A stretch of 64,000 nt of DNA from Verrucomicrobiota bacterium (GTDB taxonomy: Bacteria; Verrucomicrobiota; Verrucomicrobiia; Limisphaerales; UBA8199), in contig JARKQH010000093.1 in assembly GCA_029974925.1 (NCBI GenBank), forward strand, positions 8,975 to 72,974, read 5' to 3'. Each line of letters begins with the position of its first letter. Positions within the stretch are counted from its first letter, which is position 1. Made by a program: the position numbers and the translations under genes. Positions 26,842 through 36,244 of the stretch are shown here, piece after piece. Below the pieces are notes generated by a model. That model worked only from the letters and a program-made list of their open reading frames with translations. It was not told the DNA's origin and searched no databases.

Positions 26842-27654
26842 GTGTTGAATGACTCTGCCATTTGGAAATCCCTGCGGGATAATCGCCGGCTGAGCCTGAT
26901 CGCCGGCCCCTGCGTGATCGAGAACGAGGGGCTGTGCCTCGAGGTCGCCAGGAGCCTTAAGGGGCTTTGCAGCCGGCTGGGCATCTTTTTCGTGTTCAAA
27001 GCCAGCTACGACAAAGCCAACCGGACCTCGGCGGAGTCGTTTCGGGGACCGGGAATCGAGGAAGGTCTGCGACTGCTTGCGGGCGTGCGGAAACGGGTCG
27101 GCGTGCCGATTTTAACGGACGTGCATACGGAGTGGGAGGCCAAAGCCGCGGGCGAAGTGGTGGATGTGGTTCAAATCCCGGCGTTTCTCTGCCGGCAGAC
27201 GGACCTCATTACCGCCGCGGTCCGCACGGGGAAGATTGTGAACCTGAAAAAAGGCCAGTTCCTTTCCCCGGGGGAAATGGGGCAGGTGGTGGCCAAGGCG
27301 CAAAGCGCGGGCGGGAAAAAACTTCTGCTGACCGAGCGCGGCACAACCTTTGGGTACAATAATTTGGTGTCGGACATGCGGGCCATCCCGATCATGAAGA
27401 GACTCGGGTTCCCGGTCATATTTGACGCGACCCATTCGGTACAACTTCCCGGCGGGGGTGGGAACAAGTCGGGCGGCCAGCGGGAATTTGCGCCCGTGCT
27501 GGCCCGCTGTGCGGTCGCGGCGGGGGCCAATGGCCTGTTCATCGAGACCCATCCCGAGCCAGACCGGGCCCTGAGCGACGGTCCCAATATGATTCCGCTG
27601 GCGGAAATGCCGGCGGTCATGAAAAGTCTGGTCAAGATTTTCGAAGCCCTTTGA
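26842..27654 (+). CDS. kdsA: 3-deoxy-8-phosphooctulonate synthase
   Basis: Collinear with E. coli KdsA: FVFKASYDKANRTS, ILTDVHT, VVQIPAFLCRQTDL, VIFDATHS, GLFIETHPEPD. A GTG at 26842 gives the expected ~270 aa. The ORF-track start at 26554 is an upstream extension. Confidence 0.9.
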   Translation: MLNDSAIWKSLRDNRRLSLIAGPCVIENEGLCLEVARSLKGLCSRLGIFFVFKASYDKANRTSAESFRGPGIEEGLRLLAGVRKRVGVPILTDVHTEWEAKAAGEVVDVVQIPAFLCRQTDLITAAVRTGKIVNLKKGQFLSPGEMGQVVAKAQSAGGKKLLLTERGTTFGYNNLVSDMRAIPIMKRLGFPVIFDATHSVQLPGGGGNKSGGQREFAPVLARCAVAAGANGLFIETHPEPDRALSDGPNMIPLAEMPAVMKSLVKIFEAL

Positions 27655-29534
27655 GTCCGCGCTTTCAATTCTCGCGCAAGCTGTGGCTGTCGGCGGCGTT
27701 GCTGCTGGCCGCCCTGGCCGCGGCTCCGCCGGCCGCGTCTGGCCAGCAGACGGTCATGGGCCGGGTCAAGAATTTCAGCGTGTCGCCCGATTATTACGAC
27801 CCGCCCCAACAGGCCCAGGCGAAATCCCTGCTGCAAGGCGCCGAAGCCGTGCCCATGGCGGGCGGGCAACAGGTCCAGATCACCCAGGCGCGCCTCCGCA
27901 CATTCCGCGAGGACGGCGCGGAGGAAATGCTGGTCGTGGCGCCCGAGTGTTTGTACGAGTCCCGCTCCCGGTCGGTCCGGTCGGCCGGCCCACTCGAGGT
28001 TCAAACCGCTGACGGCAAGTTCTCCCTTCAGGGCGAGGGTTTCAGTTGGCAGCAAACCAATTCGACCCTGGTGATTTCGAACCAGGTGCGGACGCGCGTG
28101 CATCCATCGCTATTGCAGCGCGGGGAGCCGAGTGAAGCCGCCGCTGCGACCGCGGAGGAGCCCCCGTTGGAAATCACCTCGGAGCGGTTCGAATATGCCC
28201 GCGAGGAGGGGTTGGGAATTTATCGCGGACAGGTGCGCGTGAGCGGGACGAACCTGGCGATGAGCGGGGGCGTCCTGACGATTCAGATGCCGGTGGGCGG
28301 CCGGCGGGTGCAGAGCATCACCGCCGAGCAGCAAATCGCCGTCGAGTACAGCGGCGTGCAGGCCTCGGGCGAACACGCGGTTTATGCGGCCGACACCGGG
28401 ATGGTTCGGGTGTGGGGGCGGCCCGCCTGGAAGACTGGCCAGCGCGAGGGCCGCGCGGAGGAACTGGTCATTGACCCCACCAACCGTGTTTTTTTGGCCT
28501 CAGGCAACGGTCGGATGCGGCTCCCTGGGGAAAGCTTGGCGGGGTCGGGCTTGCTGGCATCAGGCCGGCAAGGCAGCAAAACGCCAACCAACCTCTTTGT
28601 CGAGATTGCGTGCGAACAATACGAGCTGCGCACCAATTGGGCGGCCTTTCGCCGGGCGGTGCGCGTCACGGAGGTCGAGTCCGGCGTTCCCCGAGGCACC
28701 CTGACGTGTGCCCAAATGACCGTCCGGTTTGCCGGGACAAACGAAGTCGAGGAGCTGCTGGCGGACGGCGGGGTTGAGATCACGCAGGAAGACCGGCGAT
28801 TCACCGCGGAACGCGCAGTGTACCACGGCACCAACGGAATCGTCGAGTTGACCGGCAATCCCCTCTGGCAGGCCGGCGCGCGGCAGGGGCAAGGCGAGGT
28901 CATCCTCGTTCGCGCGCGGGAGGAGGACATGATCGTCCGCGGCAGGGCTTCGATGCGGCTGCCCGCGTCCGAGTTCGGCGCGCTTGTTACCGCACCCGCT
29001 GCGCTGCCAACTCCGGCTTCGATTGCGCCGCCCGCCACTCCGGCCGCCGGAGCCGCGCCCGAATTTGCCGACGTTTTCTGCGAAGAATACCGGGTCAGCG
29101 CAAGAGGCGCCGTGTTCAGCGGCGGGGTTTATATCAGCCATCCCCAAATGAACTGGTCGTGCGAAATGCTGACCGTTGAACTGCCCGCGACGGGAGGAAC
29201 CATTGAACGGATTGTGGCGCAGGACTCGGTGTCGTTTGACCTGGCGGACCGGCAGGGACAGGTAGTGCACGGCACTGGCGACCGGGCGGTCTATCTTTAT
29301 CGCGTGGTTGAGGGCGTCACCAATGATTTGGTTGAACTGACGGGCAACTCCGTGCTGCAAACCACCAACGGGATTTTCCGAAATGACCCCATCATTTTGG
29401 ACCGCGCCAACAGCCGGCTGATTGCGCCGGGACAGTATCACATTCAGGGCTGGGGCAAGGTGGATGAGAACCAACTGCTGGCGCCGGCGGCGGGGCCTGG
29501 CGCTCCACGGACGAACCCGGCTCGAAGAAAGTAA
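27651..29534 (+). CDS. secreted protein with an LptC-like module plus three LptA/OstA-like modules
   Basis: 627 aa. TTG start overlapping the kdsA stop, signal peptide LWLSAALLLAALAAAPPAASG. Three internal ~140-aa repeats each carry an A..AVY...G.V.L.G.P pattern and two of them end in ..MRLP. It sits between kdsA and lptB. Confidence 0.65.
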   Translation: MSPRFQFSRKLWLSAALLLAALAAAPPAASGQQTVMGRVKNFSVSPDYYDPPQQAQAKSLLQGAEAVPMAGGQQVQITQARLRTFREDGAEEMLVVAPECLYESRSRSVRSAGPLEVQTADGKFSLQGEGFSWQQTNSTLVISNQVRTRVHPSLLQRGEPSEAAAATAEEPPLEITSERFEYAREEGLGIYRGQVRVSGTNLAMSGGVLTIQMPVGGRRVQSITAEQQIAVEYSGVQASGEHAVYAADTGMVRVWGRPAWKTGQREGRAEELVIDPTNRVFLASGNGRMRLPGESLAGSGLLASGRQGSKTPTNLFVEIACEQYELRTNWAAFRRAVRVTEVESGVPRGTLTCAQMTVRFAGTNEVEELLADGGVEITQEDRRFTAERAVYHGTNGIVELTGNPLWQAGARQGQGEVILVRAREEDMIVRGRASMRLPASEFGALVTAPAALPTPASIAPPATPAAGAAPEFADVFCEEYRVSARGAVFSGGVYISHPQMNWSCEMLTVELPATGGTIERIVAQDSVSFDLADRQGQVVHGTGDRAVYLYRVVEGVTNDLVELTGNSVLQTTNGIFRNDPIILDRANSRLIAPGQYHIQGWGKVDENQLLAPAAGPGAPRTNPARRK

Positions 29535-29539
29535 AGCCT

Positions 29540-30292
29540 ATGGAACAAGCCGGGAACATTGCCGAGGGCGCCACGCTGCTGGCCACGGACAAACTGGTCA
29601 AGGAGTATCGCCAGCGGCGCGTGGTCAATGGCGTGTCCATCTCGGTTGGGCCGGGCGAGATTGTGGGTTTGCTGGGGCCGAACGGCGCCGGCAAGACCAC
29701 GACGTTTAACATGGTGGTGGGGGTGATCAAGCCGGACGGGGGGACGGTCCGGTTCGAAGGGCGGGAAATCACCGGCCTGCCGATGCACCGGCGCGCGCGC
29801 CTGGGCATGGGCTATCTGACGCAGGAACCGTCCATCTTCCGCAAACTCACCGTCGAGCAGAACATCCTCGCCATACTGGAAACCTGCCGCATCAGCCGCC
29901 AGGAAAGGGCTGTCCGGCTCAAATATCTGCTGGATGAATTGGACATGGCGCGGCTGGCGCGCAGCAAAGCCTACACCCTGAGCGGGGGGGAGAAACGCCG
30001 TCTGGAAATCACCCGCGCCCTGGTAACGAGTCCCAAGCTGCTGTTGCTGGACGAACCCTTCAGCGGCATTGACCCCATCGCGGTTTACGAAGTGCAAAAG
30101 ATCGTGCGCCGGCTTAAGGACCGCGGCCTGGGCATTTTGATCACCGACCACAACGTGCGGGAAACGCTCAAGTTGGTGGATCGCGCGTATTTGATCCACA
30201 AGGGCGAAGTCGTGATTGAGGGCGTGGCCGAACAATTGGTGAGCGACCCCAAAGCCCGCGAGATCTATCTTGGGCCGGAATTCAACCTGTAA
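29540..30292 (+). CDS. lptB: LPS export ABC transporter ATP-binding protein
   Basis: 250 aa with GPNGAGKTTTF, GMGYLTQEPSIFRKLTV, LSGGEKRRLEITRAL and LLLDEPFSGIDP, a typical LptB. Confidence 0.9.
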   Translation: MEQAGNIAEGATLLATDKLVKEYRQRRVVNGVSISVGPGEIVGLLGPNGAGKTTTFNMVVGVIKPDGGTVRFEGREITGLPMHRRARLGMGYLTQEPSIFRKLTVEQNILAILETCRISRQERAVRLKYLLDELDMARLARSKAYTLSGGEKRRLEITRALVTSPKLLLLDEPFSGIDPIAVYEVQKIVRRLKDRGLGILITDHNVRETLKLVDRAYLIHKGEVVIEGVAEQLVSDPKAREIYLGPEFNL

Positions 30293-30350
30293 CGGCAGCC
30301 ATGACCGATTCCCCCTTCCGCAGCCAGTCTGAACCCATCCTGTTTGTCCT

Positions 30351-31298
30351 ATGCATCGCGACCATGTCACGGTAGAACGATTTTACACCGATCACGCGTC
30401 GGCGCTGGGCCTGAACCTCGTGGCGGGCGCCAGCGGGCTCAAGCGCATCATCCGCGAGCCGACGGTCAACCGCCCCGGGCTGGTGCTCACCGGCTTCACG
30501 CGTTATTTCGCCTACAAACGCGTGCAGGTCATTGGCAACGCGGAAGCCTTTTACCTGAAATCGCTCCCGGAGGAGGAGCGTTCACGGCGCTATGAAACCT
30601 TTTTCAGCTATCGCCTGCCCTGCCTGGTGTTTTCCCGCAATCTGCACCCGGACAAATTGCTGCTGCAGGCGGCGGAAAAGGTCAATGTGCCCATCTTCCG
30701 CACCCCGCTGGTGACCATGAAGTTTATCAACCTGGCCACGCTGGCCCTCGAGATGATGTTTGCTCCGCGGGGGACGGAGATGGGCAGCATGGTGGACATC
30801 CTGGGCGTGGGGGTGATTATCCGTGGGGAGAGCGGCATTGGCAAAAGCGAAAGTGTGCTGGCGCTGATCGAGCGAGGGTACAGCCTGGTGGCCGATGACA
30901 TCACCAAGGTTACGCTGGTGGACGGGCGGGAGGTGATCGGCACCAGCGCCGAGGTCACGCGCAACCACATGGAGGTCCGGGGCATCGGCATCATCAATGT
31001 GGCGGCGATGTTCGGCGTCAAAAGCATCCGCCAGGACAAGCGGGTGGACCTGGTGGTGTCGCTCAAGTCGTGGAACGAGGTGCAGGATGTGGACCGCCTG
31101 GGGATGGAGGAGGAGTATGTGAAAATCCTCGGCATTGACATCCCGCACATCACCATCCCGGTCCGGCCCGGGCGTGATCTGGCCCGCTTGATCGAGGTGG
31201 CCGCGTTCCAGACCAAGCTGAAATCCTCGGGCTACAACCCCGCCAAGGAACTCAACGACCGGCTGATTGCGCGGATGGCCTCGACCGGCAAGTTGTAG
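30351..31298 (+). CDS. hprK: HPr kinase/phosphorylase
   Basis: 315 aa with Walker A GESGIGKSESVLALIERG, LVADD, and EVRGIGIINV. Confidence 0.9.
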   Translation: MHRDHVTVERFYTDHASALGLNLVAGASGLKRIIREPTVNRPGLVLTGFTRYFAYKRVQVIGNAEAFYLKSLPEEERSRRYETFFSYRLPCLVFSRNLHPDKLLLQAAEKVNVPIFRTPLVTMKFINLATLALEMMFAPRGTEMGSMVDILGVGVIIRGESGIGKSESVLALIERGYSLVADDITKVTLVDGREVIGTSAEVTRNHMEVRGIGIINVAAMFGVKSIRQDKRVDLVVSLKSWNEVQDVDRLGMEEEYVKILGIDIPHITIPVRPGRDLARLIEVAAFQTKLKSSGYNPAKELNDRLIARMASTGKL

Positions 31299-31350
31299 AA
31301 AACAGTGGCACTGCGGCACGCTTTTGGCTACCTATGGAGGCGTTGGGCGA

Positions 31351-31650
31351 ATGAGCGCAAAGAAGACAGGCGAAAACACGACGGCCAAGAGCAAAGACAT
31401 GCTGGTCAGCAACAAGCTGGGCATTCATGCCCGGCCCGCCGCCATGTTTGTTAAAACGGCCAATCGCTTTGCCTGTGACATCTTTGTGGAAAAGGACGGC
31501 GAGAAAGTCAACGGCAAGAGCATCATGGGGCTGATGATGCTGGCCGCGGGGCCGGGGAGCAAACTGACGGTCTATGCCGAGGGCCACGACGCGTCGCAGG
31601 CTCTGGAGGAACTCGAGGTTTTGCTCAAGCGCAAGTTCGACGAGGAGTAA
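31351..31650 (+). CDS. ptsH: HPr-family phosphocarrier protein
   Basis: 99 aa. LGIHARPAA (His15 site) and NGKSIMGLMML (Ser46 site). The start is taken at MSAKK. Confidence 0.85.
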   Translation: MSAKKTGENTTAKSKDMLVSNKLGIHARPAAMFVKTANRFACDIFVEKDGEKVNGKSIMGLMMLAAGPGSKLTVYAEGHDASQALEELEVLLKRKFDEE

Positions 31651-31658
31651 ACCGCCTT

Positions 31659-31946
31659 ATGGCTGGAGTGGACATTGATGTCAAGTACGTCGCGCACCTG
31701 GCCCGGCTGGCGCTGTCGCCGGAAGAGGAACAGAAGATCGGGGCGCAACTGGCCAGCGTGCTCGAGTATATTGAGAAACTCAAAGAGGTTGACGTCTCCG
31801 GGGTGGAGCCGACCGCCCATGCCTTTCCGCTGGTGAATGTTACCCGACCGGATGAAGTTCGTCACGGATTGACCAACGAGGAGGCGCTCCGCAACGCCCC
31901 GGCCCAAAGCAACGGCCTGTTTCTCGTCCCGAAAATCGTGGAGTAG
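31659..31946 (+). CDS. gatC: Asp-tRNA(Asn)/Glu-tRNA(Gln) amidotransferase subunit C
   Basis: 95 aa with VAHLARLALSPEEEQKIGAQLASVLEYIEKLKEVDVSGVEPT. Confidence 0.85.
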   Translation: MAGVDIDVKYVAHLARLALSPEEEQKIGAQLASVLEYIEKLKEVDVSGVEPTAHAFPLVNVTRPDEVRHGLTNEEALRNAPAQSNGLFLVPKIVE

Positions 31947-31999
31947 GCGTCACCCGCGGACGCCCGAGCGATTCTTCGGTTCCCCGTGGCCGGCCCGAT

Positions 32000-32722
32000 T
32001 CAGCGCCAAAGCCAGGCCAGCAGCGGTGCCAGCGCCAGACTGGGCAGGTAATCCGCCAAGGCGATGCGCTTGAGCTCGAGCATCACCAAGGCCACTGAAA
32101 AAATCAGCAAGCCCCCCGTGGCGTTCAGGGAGTTGACCAAGCCGTGCGCCTCCAGGAAAGGGAGGAGCAATTGATTACTGACCAGCGTAATGGTGCCCTG
32201 AAACGCCAGCACGGGGATTGCCGCCACCATCACTCCCGGGCCGAAGAGCCGCACGAACCCCATCGTGGCCAAGCCCTCCATGAGCCCTTTGACCGCCAGC
32301 GGGAAAAAGTAGCCGGACAAGCCGTCGTAAAGCGCGCCCAGAATCCCCAACGGCGCGGCGCAATAAAGGGCGGTGGCAGCTCGAAACCCATGGGAGGCCA
32401 GGTCCGGCGAGTCGGGGCGGGCGTTTTCCACCTGGGCGCGGGCGTAATGCCCGAGCTGATTCGAGAATTCCTGCAATTGCAGGAATTTGCCCAGCAACCG
32501 GCCCAGGATCATGGCCAGGACGGTGATCGCCAACTGTTTGGCGGCTTCGCGAAACGATCCCCCCAACCCGCGCCACGTCAACTGCAGCCCATAGAAGACC
32601 GTGAACGCCGCGAGGGTCACCCGGAAGAAAGATTCGGTGTTGGCCAGCAGGGGGCGGGGCCGGCTCAATCCGACAAAGCCGCCCAGCAGAATCCCCGCCA
32701 CGTTCAGAACGGTGCCGATCAT
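32000..32722 (-). CDS. DUF554 family membrane protein
   Basis: 240 aa, polytopic. MIGTVLNVAGILLGGFVGL... matches YdfK/YqgA-like DUF554 proteins. Confidence 0.75.
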   Translation of the reverse strand: MIGTVLNVAGILLGGFVGLSRPRPLLANTESFFRVTLAAFTVFYGLQLTWRGLGGSFREAAKQLAITVLAMILGRLLGKFLQLQEFSNQLGHYARAQVENARPDSPDLASHGFRAATALYCAAPLGILGALYDGLSGYFFPLAVKGLMEGLATMGFVRLFGPGVMVAAIPVLAFQGTITLVSNQLLLPFLEAHGLVNSLNATGGLLIFSVALVMLELKRIALADYLPSLALAPLLAWLWR

Positions 32723-32921
32723 TGCAACGCATCATAGGGGGAGGAGCCGCCCGGGGGCAAAGCGCAAATCGGATGCCGCGCGCAGCGCGCCTGACAACGG
32801 CATCGGGGGCTCACACTCCGTCTTTGGCGCCAGAATGAGCGCAGGGCAGGAACGCAAGGACGGCATTCTTGCGCCGCGCTGGAAAGCGCAGAAACCCGCA
32901 CCTGGCCGCGGGGAGCACCCG

Positions 32922-34778
32922 TTATTCGACGGTAACGCTCTTGGCCAGGTTGCGAGGTTTGTCCACGTCGCAACCGCGGGCGACGGCGATGTGGTAGGCC
33001 AGGAGCTGCAAGGGAACCACCGTCAGCAAGGGGGTAAGACAATCGAGGGTCTCGGGCACGAAAAGGAGGTCGTCCGCTTTGGCGGCGAGGTCGGTGTTGC
33101 CTTCGGTGGTGATGGCGATGACCGGGCCGCGCCGGGCCTTGACCTCCTCGATGTTGCTGCGGGTTTTGTCGTAGATGCGGTCGAGCGGCGCCACAAATAC
33201 GCAAGGGGTCTCGGGGTCCACCAGGGCGATCGGGCCGTGTTTCATTTCGGCGGCGGGATAGCCTTCGGCGTGGATGTAGGAAATTTCCTTGAGTTTCAGC
33301 GCGCCCTCGAGGGCGACCGGGAAACTGTATTGGCGTCCGAGGAACAGGAAATCGGCGGCATCCTTGTATTTCAGGGCGATTTGACGAATGCGGTCGTTTT
33401 GGCCGAGCACCCACTCGAGCTGCCCCGGGATGGCCTCGAGGGCGCGGATCAAGCGCGCGCCGTCCTGGGGTGAGAGCATGCGGATGCGGCCCATAAAGAG
33501 GGCGAAGAGGACCAGGACGGTGACCTGGGAGGTGAAGGCCTTGGTCGAGGCCACGCCAATCTCGGGGCCGGCGTGGAGATAAATGCCGCCGTCGGCCTCG
33601 CGGGCGATGGTGCTGCCGACGACATTGCAGAGACCGAGGACTTTGTGTCCCCGCCGTTTGGTTTCGCGCAGGCCGGCGAGGGTGTCGAGGGTTTCGCCGG
33701 ACTGGGTGATGACCAACAGGAGGGTATGTTTGTCGAAGGGGGCGTTGCGGTAGCGGAATTCGCTGGCGTATTCGACCTCGGTGGGCAGGTGGGCCAGCTC
33801 TTCGAGGAGATACTCGCCCACCAGCCCGGCGTGCCAGCTTGTGCCGCAGGCAGTGATGACCACCCGGTCCACCGCCCGCAATTCGGCGGTGGTCATGTTC
33901 AGGCCCCCGAAACGAGCCATGGCGCCGTCGTAGTCCAGCCGGCCGCGGAGCGCGTTGCGGACGGTTTGGGGCTGCTCGAAGATTTCCTTGAGCATGAAAT
34001 GGGCGAAGGCGCCTTTCTCGGCCGACTCGGGCGAGAAATCAAGCTGACTGACCTGAACGGCGGTGGGGCCGCGCCCGAGGGTGTGGACTTCGAACCGTTC
34101 AGCGCTCAGCGTGACCACTTCATAATCGTTGAGGTAAACCACCTGGCGCGTATAAGCCGCCAGGGCGGCGGCGTCGCTGGCCAGCAGGTGCTCCCCTTCC
34201 CCGATGCCGACGATCAAAGGCGAGCCGCGGCGGGCGCCCACGATCAAGCCGGGGTGCTCGGAGCAAACGACGGCGATGCCGTAGGTGCCGGTGACCTCAG
34301 GCAGGGCGTTAACCACCGCCTGCGTGAGCGGATGCAAGCCGACGTCACCGCGGCCAAGCCGGGCGTAATGCTCGCCGATCAGATGGGCGAGGACCTCGGT
34401 GTCGGTGGCTGAAGTGAAGGTGTGGCCGGCGGCGACGAGGCGCTGTTTGAGGGTTTCAAAATTTTCGATGACCCCGTTGTGGACCACGGCAATGCGACCG
34501 GTTTGATCCAGATGCGGATGCGAGTTTTCATCCGAGGGCGGGCCGTGGGTGGCCCAGCGGGTATGGCCGATGCCGAGGCTGCCGGCCAGCGGCTGCCGAT
34601 GCAGCAGAGGGGCCAACCCCTGGTCAATCTTGCCCTGTTTCTTGTGTAAACGCAGTGTCCCGTTTTCCAGCACCGCGAGGCCCGCGCTGTCGTAGCCGCG
34701 GTACTCGAGCCGCCGCAACCCCTCCAGCAGCAACGGCGCCGCCTGGCGCCTGCCCACATATCCAACGATTCCGCACAT
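32922..34778 (-). CDS. glmS: glutamine--fructose-6-phosphate aminotransferase
   Basis: 618 aa. MCGIVGYVG N-terminal nucleophile, two SIS domains, and the C-terminal KSVTVE. Confidence 0.95.
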   Translation of the reverse strand: MCGIVGYVGRRQAAPLLLEGLRRLEYRGYDSAGLAVLENGTLRLHKKQGKIDQGLAPLLHRQPLAGSLGIGHTRWATHGPPSDENSHPHLDQTGRIAVVHNGVIENFETLKQRLVAAGHTFTSATDTEVLAHLIGEHYARLGRGDVGLHPLTQAVVNALPEVTGTYGIAVVCSEHPGLIVGARRGSPLIVGIGEGEHLLASDAAALAAYTRQVVYLNDYEVVTLSAERFEVHTLGRGPTAVQVSQLDFSPESAEKGAFAHFMLKEIFEQPQTVRNALRGRLDYDGAMARFGGLNMTTAELRAVDRVVITACGTSWHAGLVGEYLLEELAHLPTEVEYASEFRYRNAPFDKHTLLLVITQSGETLDTLAGLRETKRRGHKVLGLCNVVGSTIAREADGGIYLHAGPEIGVASTKAFTSQVTVLVLFALFMGRIRMLSPQDGARLIRALEAIPGQLEWVLGQNDRIRQIALKYKDAADFLFLGRQYSFPVALEGALKLKEISYIHAEGYPAAEMKHGPIALVDPETPCVFVAPLDRIYDKTRSNIEEVKARRGPVIAITTEGNTDLAAKADDLLFVPETLDCLTPLLTVVPLQLLAYHIAVARGCDVDKPRNLAKSVTVE

Positions 34779-34802
34779 AAGCCTGGGTCTTATGGTAACA
34801 CA

Positions 34803-35372
34803 CTATGCCGGGCGGCGCTTCCGCTGGTCGGCAAGAATGAACTCGGCCGCCGCGGGCAGGTCATTGACGACCACCGCCCGGTCCAGGCCGGGGGGACGCT
34901 CGCGCTCGGTCTGGGCCCCGTAACCGGTGCGTACCAGCAGGCAGCGGCGCACCCCGGCATTCCAGCCGCACTCCAGATCAATCAGCTTGTCGCCGACCAT
35001 GTAACTGCTGGCAAGATCAATGCCGAGTTCGTCGCGAGCGTCAAATAAGTACTGCGGCGACGGCTTGCGGCCCCGGCTGGGCTGACCCGGCGCCTCCGGC
35101 GCAACGTAAATGCGCTCCAGTCTCACCCCCTCCTCCGCCAGGTCCTGTCCCAGCCGGGCATGAACGCGCTCGACATCGGCCAGGGTGAAATAGCCCCGCC
35201 CCACTCCCGACTGGTTGGAGACCAAAACCAGCTTGAAGCCGGCGTCGGCCAGGCGGCGCAGGGCCGCGCCGGCTCCGGGCAGCAGGACGACGTCCTCGGG
35301 GCGGTACAGGAAATGCCGCTCCTCGATGAGCGTGCCATCCCGGTCGAGAAACACTGCTGGGGTCGGGTTCAT
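34803..35372 (-). CDS. gmhB: D-glycero-beta-D-manno-heptose 1,7-bisphosphate 7-phosphatase (HAD-IIIA)
   Basis: 189 aa with FLDRDGTL, VSNQSGVGRGYF and MVGDKLIDLECG. Confidence 0.8.
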   Translation of the reverse strand: MNPTPAVFLDRDGTLIEERHFLYRPEDVVLLPGAGAALRRLADAGFKLVLVSNQSGVGRGYFTLADVERVHARLGQDLAEEGVRLERIYVAPEAPGQPSRGRKPSPQYLFDARDELGIDLASSYMVGDKLIDLECGWNAGVRRCLLVRTGYGAQTERERPPGLDRAVVVNDLPAAAEFILADQRKRRPA

Positions 35373-36088
35373 GATTCAGGCGGCGGAGGATGAAAGAACA
35401 GGCGCACGTAACAATAGGCGATGGCTTCGCCCAGCACGACCCGCACGCCGGAGCTGGTGGTCCACCAGCGGCGCGGGTCGTAGCCAAGGGCCGGGGCGGC
35501 TGTGACTGTGACGGTGACCTCCGGTCCCAAAGCTTTTTGGAACAGCAGCCGCGAGCGGCGGGCATGGGCGCCTTCGGTGACGAGGTGGATGCTCGCCGGC
35601 GGACCGCCATGTTCGCGAAACCAGCGGCGCAGGCTGATGGCGGACACATAGGTGCGGTCCAAGACCACGCCCGGGGCGGGCACGGCCTGCACCGTCTCGG
35701 GTTTCAGCCCCAGTTTGAGCAGGATGGAGGCGCCTCGTTCGGCCGAGGTTTTGTATTCGGCCAGGGGCGCGCCCCAATCGAGCGGGCCGCCCGTGACATA
35801 GACCTTGTCGTACGGGTGCTGCTGGAATTCGCGGGCGGCCAGGGCGATGGTCTGGTCGTTGCCCCAGCCCTCAACCACCAGCGCTCCACCGGGCCGGCCA
35901 TCGCTGGCGGCGAGGAACGGATGAATCGTCAGCATCAAGCCGGCGAACAGCGAGAGGGCCAAGGCCGCCAGCAGGAGCCACCCGCGCCAGGTGGGCACGA
36001 GCAGCTCGCGGCGGCGTACCAAACCCCAGCAGCGAGTTGGCGACGGCGAGGCGTCCACGCGGCGAATCTGAGGGGAAACCCGCCGCAT
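35369..36088 (-). CDS. DUF218 (YdcF/ElyC/SanA-like) domain protein
   Basis: 239 aa. N-terminal TM segment, then ALVVEGWGND...VYVTGGP...HLVTEGAHARRS, typical of DUF218. Overlaps gmhB by 4 nt. Confidence 0.65.
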   Translation of the reverse strand: MRRVSPQIRRVDASPSPTRCWGLVRRRELLVPTWRGWLLLAALALSLFAGLMLTIHPFLAASDGRPGGALVVEGWGNDQTIALAAREFQQHPYDKVYVTGGPLDWGAPLAEYKTSAERGASILLKLGLKPETVQAVPAPGVVLDRTYVSAISLRRWFREHGGPPASIHLVTEGAHARRSRLLFQKALGPEVTVTVTAAPALGYDPRRWWTTSSGVRVVLGEAIAYCYVRLFFHPPPPES

Positions 36089-36244
36089 TTCAATGCCGGA
36101 TTGGAAGGACTTGAGCGCAACCCGTCGAAATGAACTTGCAAAACCGGCAAGCTCCCCGGCACCTTTTGGTTCGCGACGGCAGGCGGGTGCAAACCTTCAA
36201 GTGGCAGCGGCAGGGGTACCCGCCGGAGACCGGTTGTCATTTTT

